This document shows positions 13,413-24,932 of a stretch of DNA of 64,000 nt, in pieces. The stretch is from contig CM074512.1 in assembly GCA_037379345.1 (NCBI GenBank), forward strand, positions 33,604,001-33,668,000. Reading direction: 5' to 3'. The translations under genes and the position numbers were made by a program. Source of the DNA: Perna viridis. Its lineage: Eukaryota. The notes beneath the pieces are model-generated. The model saw only the letters and a list, made by a program, of their open reading frames with translations. It was not told the DNA's origin and ran no database searches. Every line of letters starts with the position of its first letter. Position 1 is the first letter of the stretch.

Positions 13413-14064
13413 CAGTCGAACTTCACTCGCTCGAACTCAGATGGCTCGAACACCCAGGATTTCTCTAACACATTTCAAAGTACCATAATTTTCTCCTATA
13501 TAATCAATATAAATAACCTTGGATTTCTAGAACTTTGATTTCTCGAACACTCAAACTGACTAGTTGGTCCGTTCAGTAATAAATCTTAGAGAATAACCCT
13601 CACTAACTCGAACTCTTAAGCCATTTTGTTAGTTTGGGTAATAAAAGGTTTGAAAAACTGAAACTATATCATTAATCTGTGTCATTTTCATTAATAAGAG
13701 GTAATATTTATGTCATCACCAAGGTAGTTTTGATCTTAATATAACACTGATTGAAGTTCGAGAATGTTCCAAAGTCGGTATGATGAAGGCATGAAAGAAA
13801 ATTGGATGAAAACAAATTATTGACTAAGGAACTCGAACTCTGAACATTTTTAAAAGTGAACACAGCATTTTTCATGTCCACAAATCAACATAATCTTCTG
13901 AAAGTAAATGAAAAAGATCCACACAACTTCGTAGGAAGTAACCAATTTCTAATGATGAAGTCGAACTCGGACCGGCATCGAAAAAAATGTGGAAATATAC
14001 GAACTTCAATTTCTTGAACACATTTCAATGGTCCCTTGGAGTTCAAGCTACCGAGGTTTGACTG
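13413..14064. mobile_element. Tc1/mariner (pogo/Tigger-like) MITE
   Basis: TA|cagtcgaacttcactcgctcgaactc ... gagttcaagctaccgaggtttgactg|TA: imperfect ~26-bp TIRs starting CAGTC, a TA TSD, and internal subterminal ctcgaac repeats. Confidence 0.75.
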
Positions 14065-15319
14065 TACTTCAATGGCAGTAAAATATGTCTTCTTACCACA
14101 ATACAGTGAATTTAGAAGTATTGAAGATTAATGATTCTTTTCTGCTTTTTGTAAAGTGAATGAATATAAATACAAGGTTCAAAAGGGAATAATCACTAGT
14201 TAAGCTTACAGATGAGTTAACCAATCTGACCTTTGTTGACCTCTAGGTAATAGAGTGGGCCTTTATTATGGTTAGAGTAATCTCCCCTGATTACCTGAAA
14301 CCTGCTGTTTTTCTCTCTTCTGCTTTATCTTTGTTTTATTTCATTATCTGACAAGGTTTCTGCATTCTGCCTAATTTGTGAATTATGATAGCATCTTTGA
14401 TGTTATTTATAGAAAGTAAAAGGCCTTGTCACTTTGGTCAAGGTTGTATATGTAATAATAAAGTAATATTCCAGTCACAGTTTGAGATTGCAGTTTGTTT
14501 ACCAATGTTTAAAAATCATAACATGCTTTTGATGTAAATAGTTCTGGTGTGTTTGTGGCCATTATTTCACATTTAGAATTTGATTTAGTTTTGACTTTTC
14601 AGGAAGGGTTGTAAAATCTAAAATATGGAAGTAATCTTCTGCTAATCACATGGTGTAAATATGGAAAAAGTCTACTCAGGACTTGAGATGTCACCAACTT
14701 ATGATAAGTGATATCTCTGTCAAAAAGCCTCTCTAAATTAATAGTTACACCTGCCTCACATTCAGACGTACAAGATCATTGCCTCTATCTGCCAGTCATT
14801 GCTTGAATTACATTGTATGAATAAATTGAGTCTAGTCAGAAACTTTTGCACTCTTGAAATGGTCACATGGTCATTTTAATTAAAAAAAAAAAGTTGAAAA
14901 TAGAGCCATATATACATACCAAATTGTGACAGGTAAAGAGTAGTTTGGCAATGATTTGGAATAAAGGCATTACAGGTTGGTTGATAAATTATGCTGGCAA
15001 ATAAAATTTGTCTCTGTTGTCAGACATGGAAATAAGCAATAAACTGATGGTTTAATTGTTGAAGCAGCTGAATAATAATGACGAAAAGTCTGAAATCAAT
15101 TCACATATTAAACTGAAGGACTTAGCTATAGGAAACAATTAACTGAGCGGATCACAAAAAGTAGTTTCCAACCAAGGCTATATAGTCCAAGATTTAGTTT
15201 AGAAATAAGCTGTGCATTGAGTTTTTTAGTACTCAGCACATATTAATTTTCATATTTATATTTTTGTTTACATGAAGGATAGTATAAAACATTAAATTTT
15301 TGTGGAAGTTTTAGTTTGT

Positions 15320-15533
15320 GTTATACCACACTTGAAAACCAGCAGTGCATGCTTGTCTGCCTCTGTGTAAGTCTATCCCAAGTTCTAATCTGCAATTTCC
15401 CTCAAAACACTGAATTGAATTTTATAAAACTTTCACCATTGTGCTCATTTTTTTTCTGTCTGAATTATTATTGGGGTTTCTTATATTGTTTCTAGGGAGG
15501 GGATATTACAAAGTGAGCTTTTCTCACAGTTTT
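15320..15533 (+). mobile_element. Degenerate HINE-like element
   Basis: ttataccacacttgaaa...gtctgcctctgt; 3' ggggatatt...gtgagcttttctcacagtttt contains the gtgag..ctcac palindrome. Confidence 0.4.
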
Positions 15534-16244
15534 TCGAAGAAAGTGTCCTTTTGTGAACATTTAAAGCAGTCTTGGGTATTTTCTTTGAAGAATGGTACAA
15601 TTTGAGGAATGGTTTCAAATTTTAAACTGTCTGAAAGAAGAATGATCCCAGAAATCTTTGGAAATACATGTGAAAGATTGCAGCAATAGATTTGGGATTT
15701 GTTATGATTTTTTTGCTGTTTCTTTGTCAAAGGTGTAACATACAGGATGAGTGAAGCTTTGTATGATTGGTTCAACATGCCTTCTTTTTATAGGCAAAAG
15801 TTGTGTTAAGATAAACTCAGATTTAGGCCAACTAAATTTAATAGCTAGATTTTCTTCCAGGGGTCCACAAAAAAGTTGAGTGGTTGGGAGGATTTTATTT
15901 TTTTGTCCTGTAACTTGTCTAGAATTACAAGATGCATATGGAATTGTCATCTTAGACCGTTAAACAATTAAAACATACATAGAGATCTTCTTTCATATAT
16001 ATGTATTAATATTAAACCGTATGTGTTATGATCCTTCTGTATTTAGACCAGCAACAACTTTAAACATAGTATACACCATTTTTATTGCAAGGAAGTGTAA
16101 TAAACACTCTAAAACCTATATCACACCAGATGTAGACATGTAAAAAATCTGGATATGTAAATTTGAAAAAAAAATATACACAAAATTGGGGCAAGGATGA
16201 AAATCTAACAGTTAATTTTGATTGGCCTTATTGTCGCAAAATAT

Positions 16245-16640
16245 GTAAAACGAAGAGGGATTTGGTAAATATAACGAAGAGACAACAATCCCCATCAGGA
16301 TGAATAATGTCAGCTCACGGCCATAATTGGTTCTTCAAAGAAAACCCTCATACCACGTGGCAGGCTGCAGCTACCCCCAAAAACAACATTATACACAGTT
16401 ACAGCCAAATAGTTGCCCTTTATTTAGACTCAAGCAACATAAAAGCAAACTGAAATTGAAAACCAAACAATACATACAGAGGCCAGGAACTCATGACTTT
16501 GGACAGGCACAAAAAATGTGACAGTGTTAAAATACTTTGCCTTGATCACATCCCTCCCCTAATTTGGGAAAAAAATACTACACAATTAAGTACACCTAAA
16601 AACCAGTTCAAAAAGATCTGAGTCACTTGTTAAAACAGAA
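16245..16640. mobile_element. Interspersed repeat (retro-derived family, unclassified); related copy at 53765-53900
   Basis: gaagagacaacaa...ggatga...aatgtcagctca.ggccat...tcttcaa...aaaccctc..accac..ggcaggctgcagct is shared between 16277-16372 and 53795-53900. Confidence 0.6.
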
Positions 16641-16798
16641 ATAAAGAAATGGTCTTCTTCATTGATCATATTTTCTGGTTTTAATTGGAATTCAAGGACA
16701 AAACAATCTGATCAATGAAGAAGACCATTTCTGTTTTAACAAGTGACTCGGACCTTTTTGAACTGGTTTTTAGGTGTATTTAATTGTGTAATATTTTT
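16571..16798. repeat. Long inverted repeat (~100-bp arms, ~35-bp spacer)
   Basis: aaaaatactacacaattaagtacacctaaaaaccagttcaaaa...ggtcttcttcattgatca (16571-16668) pairs with tgatcaatgaagaagacc...tttgaactggtttttaggtgtatttaattgtgtaatattttt (16709-16798). Confidence 0.9.
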
Positions 16799-18280
16799 GT
16801 GAGCCTTCATGTGAAATTCATGTTAACCATGATTCACATCCATTACATGTAAACAATATTTGCCTATGTCACTTATTGTGTAATGTTGTTAATAAAAATA
16901 GACTCCATCTTCTTTAACTCAGTTATTATTATGTTTCACCATAACCATTTCTATTTGTACTTCTGCTTGGTTTTATTGATATCTATCATGTCTTCTCAGA
17001 CTTATAAGTTGACAATCTACTGGTATGTGAGTTTACAGAAGGAACAAGTGTTTTTATTCTTTAAAATTTGCTGGATCCTTTACATATACTGGTAATGTTG
17101 TCATTCTAGTCGCCAGTCCCTGATTTCATATAAAAGAATCTACAAACTCAGATTTACCAATAATTATAGGATGATCAAAATCCATTGTTTTAGTTGTTGC
17201 TTTTGTAGACTTTACTTTCTTTCATTGGTTAAATGCAGTTTTTTTATTCAAATTTGAACAGGTATTTTTCTTGGAATTTAAATGGAAGATAAATAACTTC
17301 CTTGATTTGTGATGTTTAAATAAAACGAATATTTGATAGCATTGGCTTGTACTTGCCTCCTAACAAAATAGTTTCTAGGCCTAAAAGTGAAAAAAAAAAA
17401 AATGATGAATGTGCTTAATAAATGCGATTAATTTGGATCATGCCTGGGGAATTTTTTATTCAGTGATGGATGCATCAATGCATTATCCTTCCTCTCTAGC
17501 CCCGTGGACACCAGTATTTTTATCAAATTAATTACCACTTAAGAATTGTAACCAGTTTTATTTTTAAAGTTTTTAGTTCATTTTTCAATTGTCACTATAT
17601 CCACTGAATGGTTCTTCATCGATTTTCAATTAGGCAATGTGAATTGCCTGTTAAGACTTTTGTACTATTTGTTTAACGATTTTTTTCTGCCTACAGATTT
17701 ATGCTGTCTTAATTGGATGCTATGGCAGTCTCTTTTATCAATGTGTCATACATGTATTTTTCTTCTTTTTATTGCTTAAAAGTGCATTCTTTGCTTCGTG
17801 AAATAGTTTGCACTTTTCTCAACTCAACTTAAGAGAATATCTTTATTGATATGAAAAGTAACTTAAAAGTTCTTGTGTTTTTTCTCCTTGTAATTTTACA
17901 ATTTTGCAATGAAATAATATGTTAAAATCTTTTTTCAAACCGTGTATTTGTTTTCTGTTTTGGAAGATTTACTTCTACAAGTATTTGAAGTGGTATAATA
18001 GAACTAAGGAGTAGATGCTCACATTGTGTCTACCTAAAATTGCTACAGAACTGCTATACATATCAAACAAATCATTTTTAAATGCAAGCGTACAATGTTC
18101 TTGCTTTAGCCTTTTGGGTATGACACCTTCTTTGTAGGGTGGCAGTTTTAAAGGAGTTAATATAATTTGACTGAAAAGTTTTATTTGTGAGTTAGCTCCC
18201 TTTGTAAATAATGTTTTGTGTCATTTTTTTTATAAATGACGTTTTGATTCGGGCTATTCTCCTTTTCTGATAAGCAACTA

Positions 18281-18937
18281 TACTCGGCGTCACATAAATA
18301 ACATACTGTTAAAATTTGAATAAAAATATTTTCTACGACTTTATTGAGACCTACCGTCGTTTAAATTGTCTTAAATGACTTGCTTATTCGTTTAGCCAAA
18401 CGGCTTCTCCCTGAACAAGTCGCTTTTAGCTTAAATCATGCGTAACAAATCCTTACAGGAAAATCCCATACTAATATCCGCCATGTTGGTTTCTACGGGA
18501 CGATTTGTTTACAAACGAAGTTCGTAAGTTCCCGTCGAACTCTGGTGACAATCGTCTGTTTGATTAACTTCTCGGTATTGTACGTTGTTCGCGTAAAATA
18601 AATCCGAGATATCCGAAATGACGCCGAAATGCATTCTGGGTTCTTCGGTTTTTGGACAAACCATTTAAACGTAAACAACATCGACCATTTAAACGTAAAC
18701 AACATCTCCTAGCAACCCGATCACTGTAAACATGGCCGACTTTTTACAATGTAAATATTGGCACCGAGAATTAAAATCTGACTGGAATTTAACGATTCAA
18801 TGTTTAGGGAGAAGCCATTTGGCTAAACGAATGAGCAAGTCATTTAAGACAATTTAAACGACGGTAGGTGTCAAGAAAGTCGTAGAAAATATTTTTATTC
18901 AAATTTTAACAGTATGTTATTTATGTGAGGCCGAGTA
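18281..18937. mobile_element. Long-TIR non-autonomous DNA transposon (TA-flanked, probably Tc1/mariner-type), ~657 bp
   Basis: Near-perfect inverted arms 18279-18417 and 18801-18939 (tatactcggcgtcacataaataacatactg... / ...cagtatgttatttatgtgaggccgagtata). The core is CpG-rich and contains a duplicated accatttaaacgtaaacaacatc. The superfamily call is tentative. Confidence 0.85.
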
Positions 18938-18999
18938 TACACAGTATACATATAATAGCCGAAGTTTCAAAAGCTATTGTGATGTAATAAATTAAGTCT

Positions 19000-19406
19000 T
19001 AATATCCCCGTTTTGAAGGAGAAGGGTTTTCTGTTTTACCCTTGTCTGTCTGTCCCTCTGTCAACCACACTTTTTTCATATCAGTTTTCTCTACAGCAAT
19101 AATCACATTCCTTTGAGATTATTACACATGTGTTTTATTGGTGCCCCATGCCGTAGACTTTGATTATGGACTTGTACTACAATAAGCTCCATGATGATGA
19201 TGGTTTACACTTGATCATATGATATTAATATAAAATTTCCTTTGTAACTACTTGTCACAATCACCTAATATTTTATCACAATCTTCATATAGGTGTGCCA
19301 TACCTGAGATTTGATTTTAGGCTTGTGTACTTAATATTTTAACAATACATTAAAGTTGAGATCCTGGGGTATCACTAATAGGCATTGGGTCTCAGATTTC
19401 TGGTTT
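19000..19406 (+). mobile_element. Degenerate HINE-like element
   Basis: 5' atatcccc..gaaggagaaggg stem, tgtctgtctgtcc microsatellite, and 3' ggggtatcact...ttctggtt end. Confidence 0.5.
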
Positions 19407-21177
19407 ATTCCTTGTTGAATTGTGAATAATGTACTGAGTTGGCATTGCTAAAATTGTTATTTATCTGTCACGATTTATTGTTTTCTTTACATATGTATGT
19501 ATATGCACTGAATGCCTGATTTGATATTGTGCAAATTCATATCAAAACACATTGATATTCATGCAGAAAATCTTTTTATCCATTTTGGTTAATGGCATAT
19601 GAACAATAGTGTTTTGATGCTTTATAATCATGCTTTTAGGCCATTCATCCCATGTGATGTTTAGAGATGAGACAACAATTTCAACTCTCTCTCAGTTCTA
19701 ATTAGTCACTTAGAGCTACAGAGCTAGTATGTTGATTTCTGCTCAAGAGGTACACCAATTAGTCACTTAGAGTTGATGTTTGATTTTGTAGTGTTTAGTG
19801 ATTAGCGATTGAGGGGGTGGATGAGGTTAATATACATCAATCGGTAAAGTCATTTCCTCCTGTATGGTTTATTCATTCATAATACATTTGATCCTTTAAG
19901 TAAGGTTTGATGTGGTAGAATGTCTACATAATTTGTATGTGGATCGTGTCTTATACATTAAATGCTTAGGATGGTACCTGTATGAAGCACCTGTTCTAGT
20001 TAGGGAAAACTTTTTGTGTAAATGATTTGAAATGTGTGGGTACTTGTCTTGTTAGGCCACTCATAAGTTATTACTTGTTTCTCTGACATTTTGAAGAAAA
20101 AAAGTGAGAATAAGTTATACTGTTTTTAGCAAACAATTTCAATTTCAAATGAATTTCAAGAAATTTTTAAAAAGAAGTGACAAGCTTTAATTAAAAAAAA
20201 TGAAATTATCATTTAAGTTTCTGGTGCTAGCTTTTCCTCCAAGACAAGTAAAATAATTATATGGCCTTTGTTTCTCAGAGTATTTGTATTTTGCACCTGC
20301 TCATGGCTCTTTAACTATTTTCAGTTTTTGATTTGCCATACCTACCATGTCTTTTACAAAGCCTCTCCACAGCTGCTATTCCTGTTGTCTTGTGTTTTGA
20401 TTTTCAGTACTTACAAACTTTTTTCCAACGTATTTCCATATGCAGCTGTTACAGTTGTATTGTGTTTTAAGTAGCAGTTCTTATGTGACTTATCTAAGAC
20501 CCTTTCGCTCAAGTTGTTTGTTATTCCATAGTAATATTGATTCTGCTAAGTATAGGCATCTGAAAGCTCATATATGTAGGGCTTTGTATCTCAGCTGTTT
20601 AGTGTACTTATATGTACATGTGTTTTCACATATTGATATTGTTTTTCAAGTTTGAATTGGGCTTGGTAAGAACTTGTTTGATATGTGATGGTCTTTTAAG
20701 AGGTTATGATAGGGTAATCTTTGGGATTGATAATAGGTATAGAATTATGTGGTATATAAATTTGAATTACAGGTCTTTATTAAAATCAGGCAGGTACTTA
20801 AATAACTGATATACATTGAAAATTAATTGTAACATTGTATTTTTTTCACTGCCAAAATACACTCAATACTCCATAGATATGATCTTTATAAGATTAATGT
20901 GCAGATCCACAATGGTGAAGAGGGTTTTAACCATTTGAAAATTGTTCGAAATGTCCAACAAAATTTTCCTACCATTATTTCCTGTATAGCCTCTTCAGAA
21001 TGGTCTCTTTTCTTTAGGGTTAGAGATACCTAGTTCTCACTTTGACTAGTACTTAAGTCCTTGGTTATTGTTAATATTAGACATTTTGATTTGGTTCAAT
21101 TTAGGTATACTTAGATCATGTTTGGATGACTTATATATTGTTTTATTCAAACATACAAAGTTCATAGAGTAAACAGA

Positions 21178-21360
21178 TTTTTTATACCCCAATGAGAAGA
21201 AGGGAATATACTGTTTTATCAAGTGTCTGTCTGTCTGTTGTACACTTTTTTTCATAACAGTTTTCTCTGGAATGAATTGTCACAGCCACTCAATATTTTG
21301 ACACAAGCTTTATTTTACGTGTTCTATATTAAAGGATTTGATTTTTGGTGTGAACAGAAT
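21178..21360 (+). mobile_element. 5' part of a degenerate HINE-like element
   Basis: tttttatacccc...gaagggaatatactgtttt...gtgtctgtctgtctgt followed by cagttttctc, as at 19000. Confidence 0.5.
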
Positions 21361-22878
21361 CTTCCTGGAGTTGGTGTGCAACAGTATTACAGACATAGTT
21401 CTCCCATTTTTAGCAAAAGTACACTTTTTCAGATCCAGATTTTACCTCTACTTTCTTGTTTATGTCTATGTTTACTTCAGATTTCATGAATTTCTGCTTT
21501 TTTTATTGGTTTCCTAGAAAAGAATATTTCACTGTTTATACATATAGAAAACCATGGGTACTATAAAGAGCTGAATGTCTGTTTACATTGAAAAAATCTT
21601 AAACAAAGACCTCTTACTTCTTATAATATGTTATTATTCAGGTGAAAGGTCAACAAATATTTTAAGTATTGTTATGAATTTCTAATACTTTCCCTTTTGT
21701 TTCTACTCCAAAGTAGTTGTCAGGATCAATGCAGGTTCTTTTGGAGGAAAACCATGTGGATAGTGAAATAGCTTTAAGTGCAGAATTCACATTTCTTGTC
21801 TAGTCCTTAGTAATTGGTATAAAATCTCCTTTCTAATGGGATGCAGTGACAGTGTAATGTCACTAAACTCACATTACTTGTCAGAGGTTGCAAGGAATAG
21901 GGTCATTTTGCGGCTAACAAGGAATCATGGGACTTAAGTGGCCTGCATTGATTATAGTAGCTTATAAAGAAGATTACAATGTTTATAATGACAGGATATT
22001 AAATAATGTATAGTCATTTGTTTGTAACAAATGGTCTGTAATTTCTATCCTCTCTGAAAATAATGCATTAGCTGGTATCATGAATTGTGCAATTTATTGA
22101 TGAAATAAATCATATTTTATTGTGGTGGGTTACATAGCAAATATTGGAAAGATTTTTGTCTTTCTTTATTGATAGTGTCATTGAGTACTAAGGTTGATTG
22201 CATGATTATATTATCTCAGTTGGTGCAAAAAGGCTTTCCTATTTAGAGGGAATGTCAACAAGTATCTTAAAATAGAAGTGGCTTGTTTCTGAAATTGCAA
22301 GAAATATTTAGTTACAGAGGAGTAGTACTATATTACAATGTAGCAAATATCATAAGCACTTGATTTTGACAGAGTGGTTTTCAGTGAACAATGTCATAGA
22401 GTATTTATCAGTAGGTAGGTAGATATCAGCAAAAACATGCCAAAGCACGAACAATGGGACAATTCAAATAAGTCAAAGTTCAAAAACATGGCCAGAACGT
22501 GAAAACAGGAAACAGAGACAGTCTACATACACAAAGTAGGTAGTTCTAATGCAACATTTGTTGGAATGTCAGGTCCTCTCAAACTTCTGAACATTGGTAT
22601 TTAGTAGGGCGTGATATGTTACTGTGCATATAACAAGAAAATTTTGATCCCTCCAATTTTGTTGGGAGTTGTGTCCCTATGAAGTAAGTTCCTTGTAATG
22701 CATTTCTGAAACAACTTAAAGTGAAACTCCTCCACAGTCAAAGGTGACCATATTGTTTTTACTTGCAAAGTTTGAAAGTACATAGAAAGCTGTCTGAACA
22801 TAAAAAAAACAACAAAATATTTCATAAACGACTTTGAAATGAAAATAGCCAGTAATATGTGATCTGTAAAGATCTGGG

Positions 22879-22948
22879 TTTTTTCATGTTTTTATTTCTT
22901 TATTTTCAGGTAAGAAAATATTTTTGATAAGACATTAGTGTGGTATGT
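22879..22948 (+). promoter_or_regulatory. Candidate recursive splice site (ratchet point) with 33-nt cryptic RP-exon
   Basis: ttttttcatgtttttatttctttattttcag|gtaaga (CAG 22907-22909, GT 22910-22911), followed by a second donor gtg|gtatgt at 22943-22948. Confidence 0.55.
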
Positions 22949-23048
22949 ACAATTATACTTGAATTAAAGTAAAATCTTAAGAAGCAAAGTTGGTATTAGT
23001 TTATGCATCTGTGTGTATGGTATAGTGATTGAATGCTATAATACTTAA

Positions 23049-23260
23049 GGAGGTAGACCTAGGGTAAGGGACACAACTCTTAAAAATCATTGGAACGTTT
23101 GTATGCAGCATTTTACATCAATCTTATTTAAGCATCTAATTAATTTGGATTCATTTTATTCTGCTTCAAATGAATGCTTGATAGCTTTTGGTGAAATTGA
23201 ATATAATACAAACATATCACTGATTCCATGAGTTATGTCCCTTACCCTAGGTCTACCTCC
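23049..23260. mobile_element. Kolobok-type MITE (212 bp, TTAA TSD)
   Basis: ~31-bp TIRs ggaggtagacctagggtaagggacacaactc / gagttatgtcccttaccctaggtctacctcc, with TTAA on both sides (23045-48, 23261-64). Purine-starting RR..YY termini fit Kolobok better than piggyBac (CC..GG). Confidence 0.8.
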
Positions 23261-23607
23261 TTAAACAAGCAACTTCAGAATTAAACATTTAATACATGAT
23301 TTTTCAAATGTTGATGGTTTTTACTGTAACTAAGGTAAATCTATAGTTATATTAGGGCTTTGTCATCTGTCCACCTTCTATAAACAGGTTGAAAATAGGG
23401 GTCAGGTGTGTGTAGTGACTAAGTTTTTTTTTTATTGTATGTAATCTGTTAATCATTTAATCAGGAAAAGACAGAAAACTTTTGTTTATATAGTCTTAAC
23501 AATACATATCAGAACATGTTTTTATTTGTATAGCTAATTGTGATTTCCTATACTGTCCCCTCTTTTTAATTAGGTAACTATGACAACAATAGAATAGGTC
23601 TATTTTA

Positions 23608-23765
23608 GGTCTCATTAACCACTTCTAACATTTCCATTATTTTGCATGTTAAAAAAAAAAACACTTTCAAAATTTCACTGTGAATTCCCTGGACAAATGA
23701 TGCATACTATAGCAAAGATTGTGAATTAAGCCTTTCAAAATCACTATACTTATGGTATGATAATG
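23608..23765. mobile_element. Truncated second copy (left end) of the Harbinger-type MITE
   Basis: ggtctcattaaccacttctaacatttccatta...actgtgaattccctggacaaatga aligns by eye with 25246-25410 and is preceded by TTA. No right TIR was seen. Confidence 0.75.
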
Positions 23766-24932
23766 GCCCTTCCACCAAGAACTAGTAAGTTAGGCTGATT
23801 ATATCTAAAAAAACTGGGATTAACTTTTCAGCATTGTACTGGAAGCCCATATGAGGATATACATTCTTGTAGTCCTTTATAATATTGAACATAGTATTAC
23901 CAAGATATTTTCAGGCAGATATTACAGACTATGATCCAATTCAGCATATTGAAGAATACAATTGCTTTCAGTTACCTGTACTAAGAACTATAAATATATA
24001 ACATGTTTTTGTACCTGTATCAAATTTTCGGTGAACAAAAAATTGTAAGCGTAAAACTAGTTGCAAGTTTTAACTTCACAACTTGTGACCTATTATACAC
24101 TTTTTTGAAACAGGGCACTGGTGTTTTTCCACAGCTTGACATTGACCTTGACTGAACATTATATATGTTTGTTACATCAATGTTCAAATTTTTTTCAAGT
24201 CTGCCAGTCTAAAGGTTTTACTTTGATAATGGAACTGAATGAGATATGATATAAGTTTTAATTTATTACATTAGTTCTGATAAGCCTTATGCTATTTATA
24301 ACATATATTCAAAATTTGTGTTGTTTCAAGCTAGTAATAGTTGCTATTTAATGACAAGTAGTCTGTAGTGGATCAGCTGAACGGCATGTTGTTTACATAA
24401 AATTGAGCTTGTCATAAATGCTCTTCATTTAGTCATGTTACAGATTAAAACTTGATTACATAATTCTTAGTTTATTTTAAATTCACTTGCACATTATCCT
24501 TAAAATTGAATTGATCATATTTATATTTTGTACATATTGACTGTTGATGTGTTGTCTAATGTAACATTTTGTCATAGTATTGATTTTTGAGATTCTGGCA
24601 GGCATGTGAGGTTGATATTTCAAACAGAGTACTGTTATATTACCCAATATTCATGAACCCTTTTATGGTATAGTGTGACATTCAAAATTTACTATAACTA
24701 AAACATTGAATTTCAAAAATGATCATGTTTCATTTTTGCTTCATACTTGGTTAATTGCATGTCAGCAGTATTTGTATCATCATGCATTGAAAATATTGTT
24801 GTAACGATTTTTTCGTATTATTATTTTCATCAGAATATCATTTTGTCTCTGACAGTTTCACTTTAATGTTCCTCTGTCTTTCAGTCTGTCTGTCGTTACA
24901 CAATATGTGTAATAATTTTCAAAATGTTCCAG

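Noticed and set aside
14230-14255. Weaker plus-strand AG|GT fusions (ctctag|gtaata at 14246; also 23573, 36509, 56820)
   Set aside because: The donor lacks +5 G or the pyrimidine tract is poor; such sites are expected by chance in AT-rich DNA.
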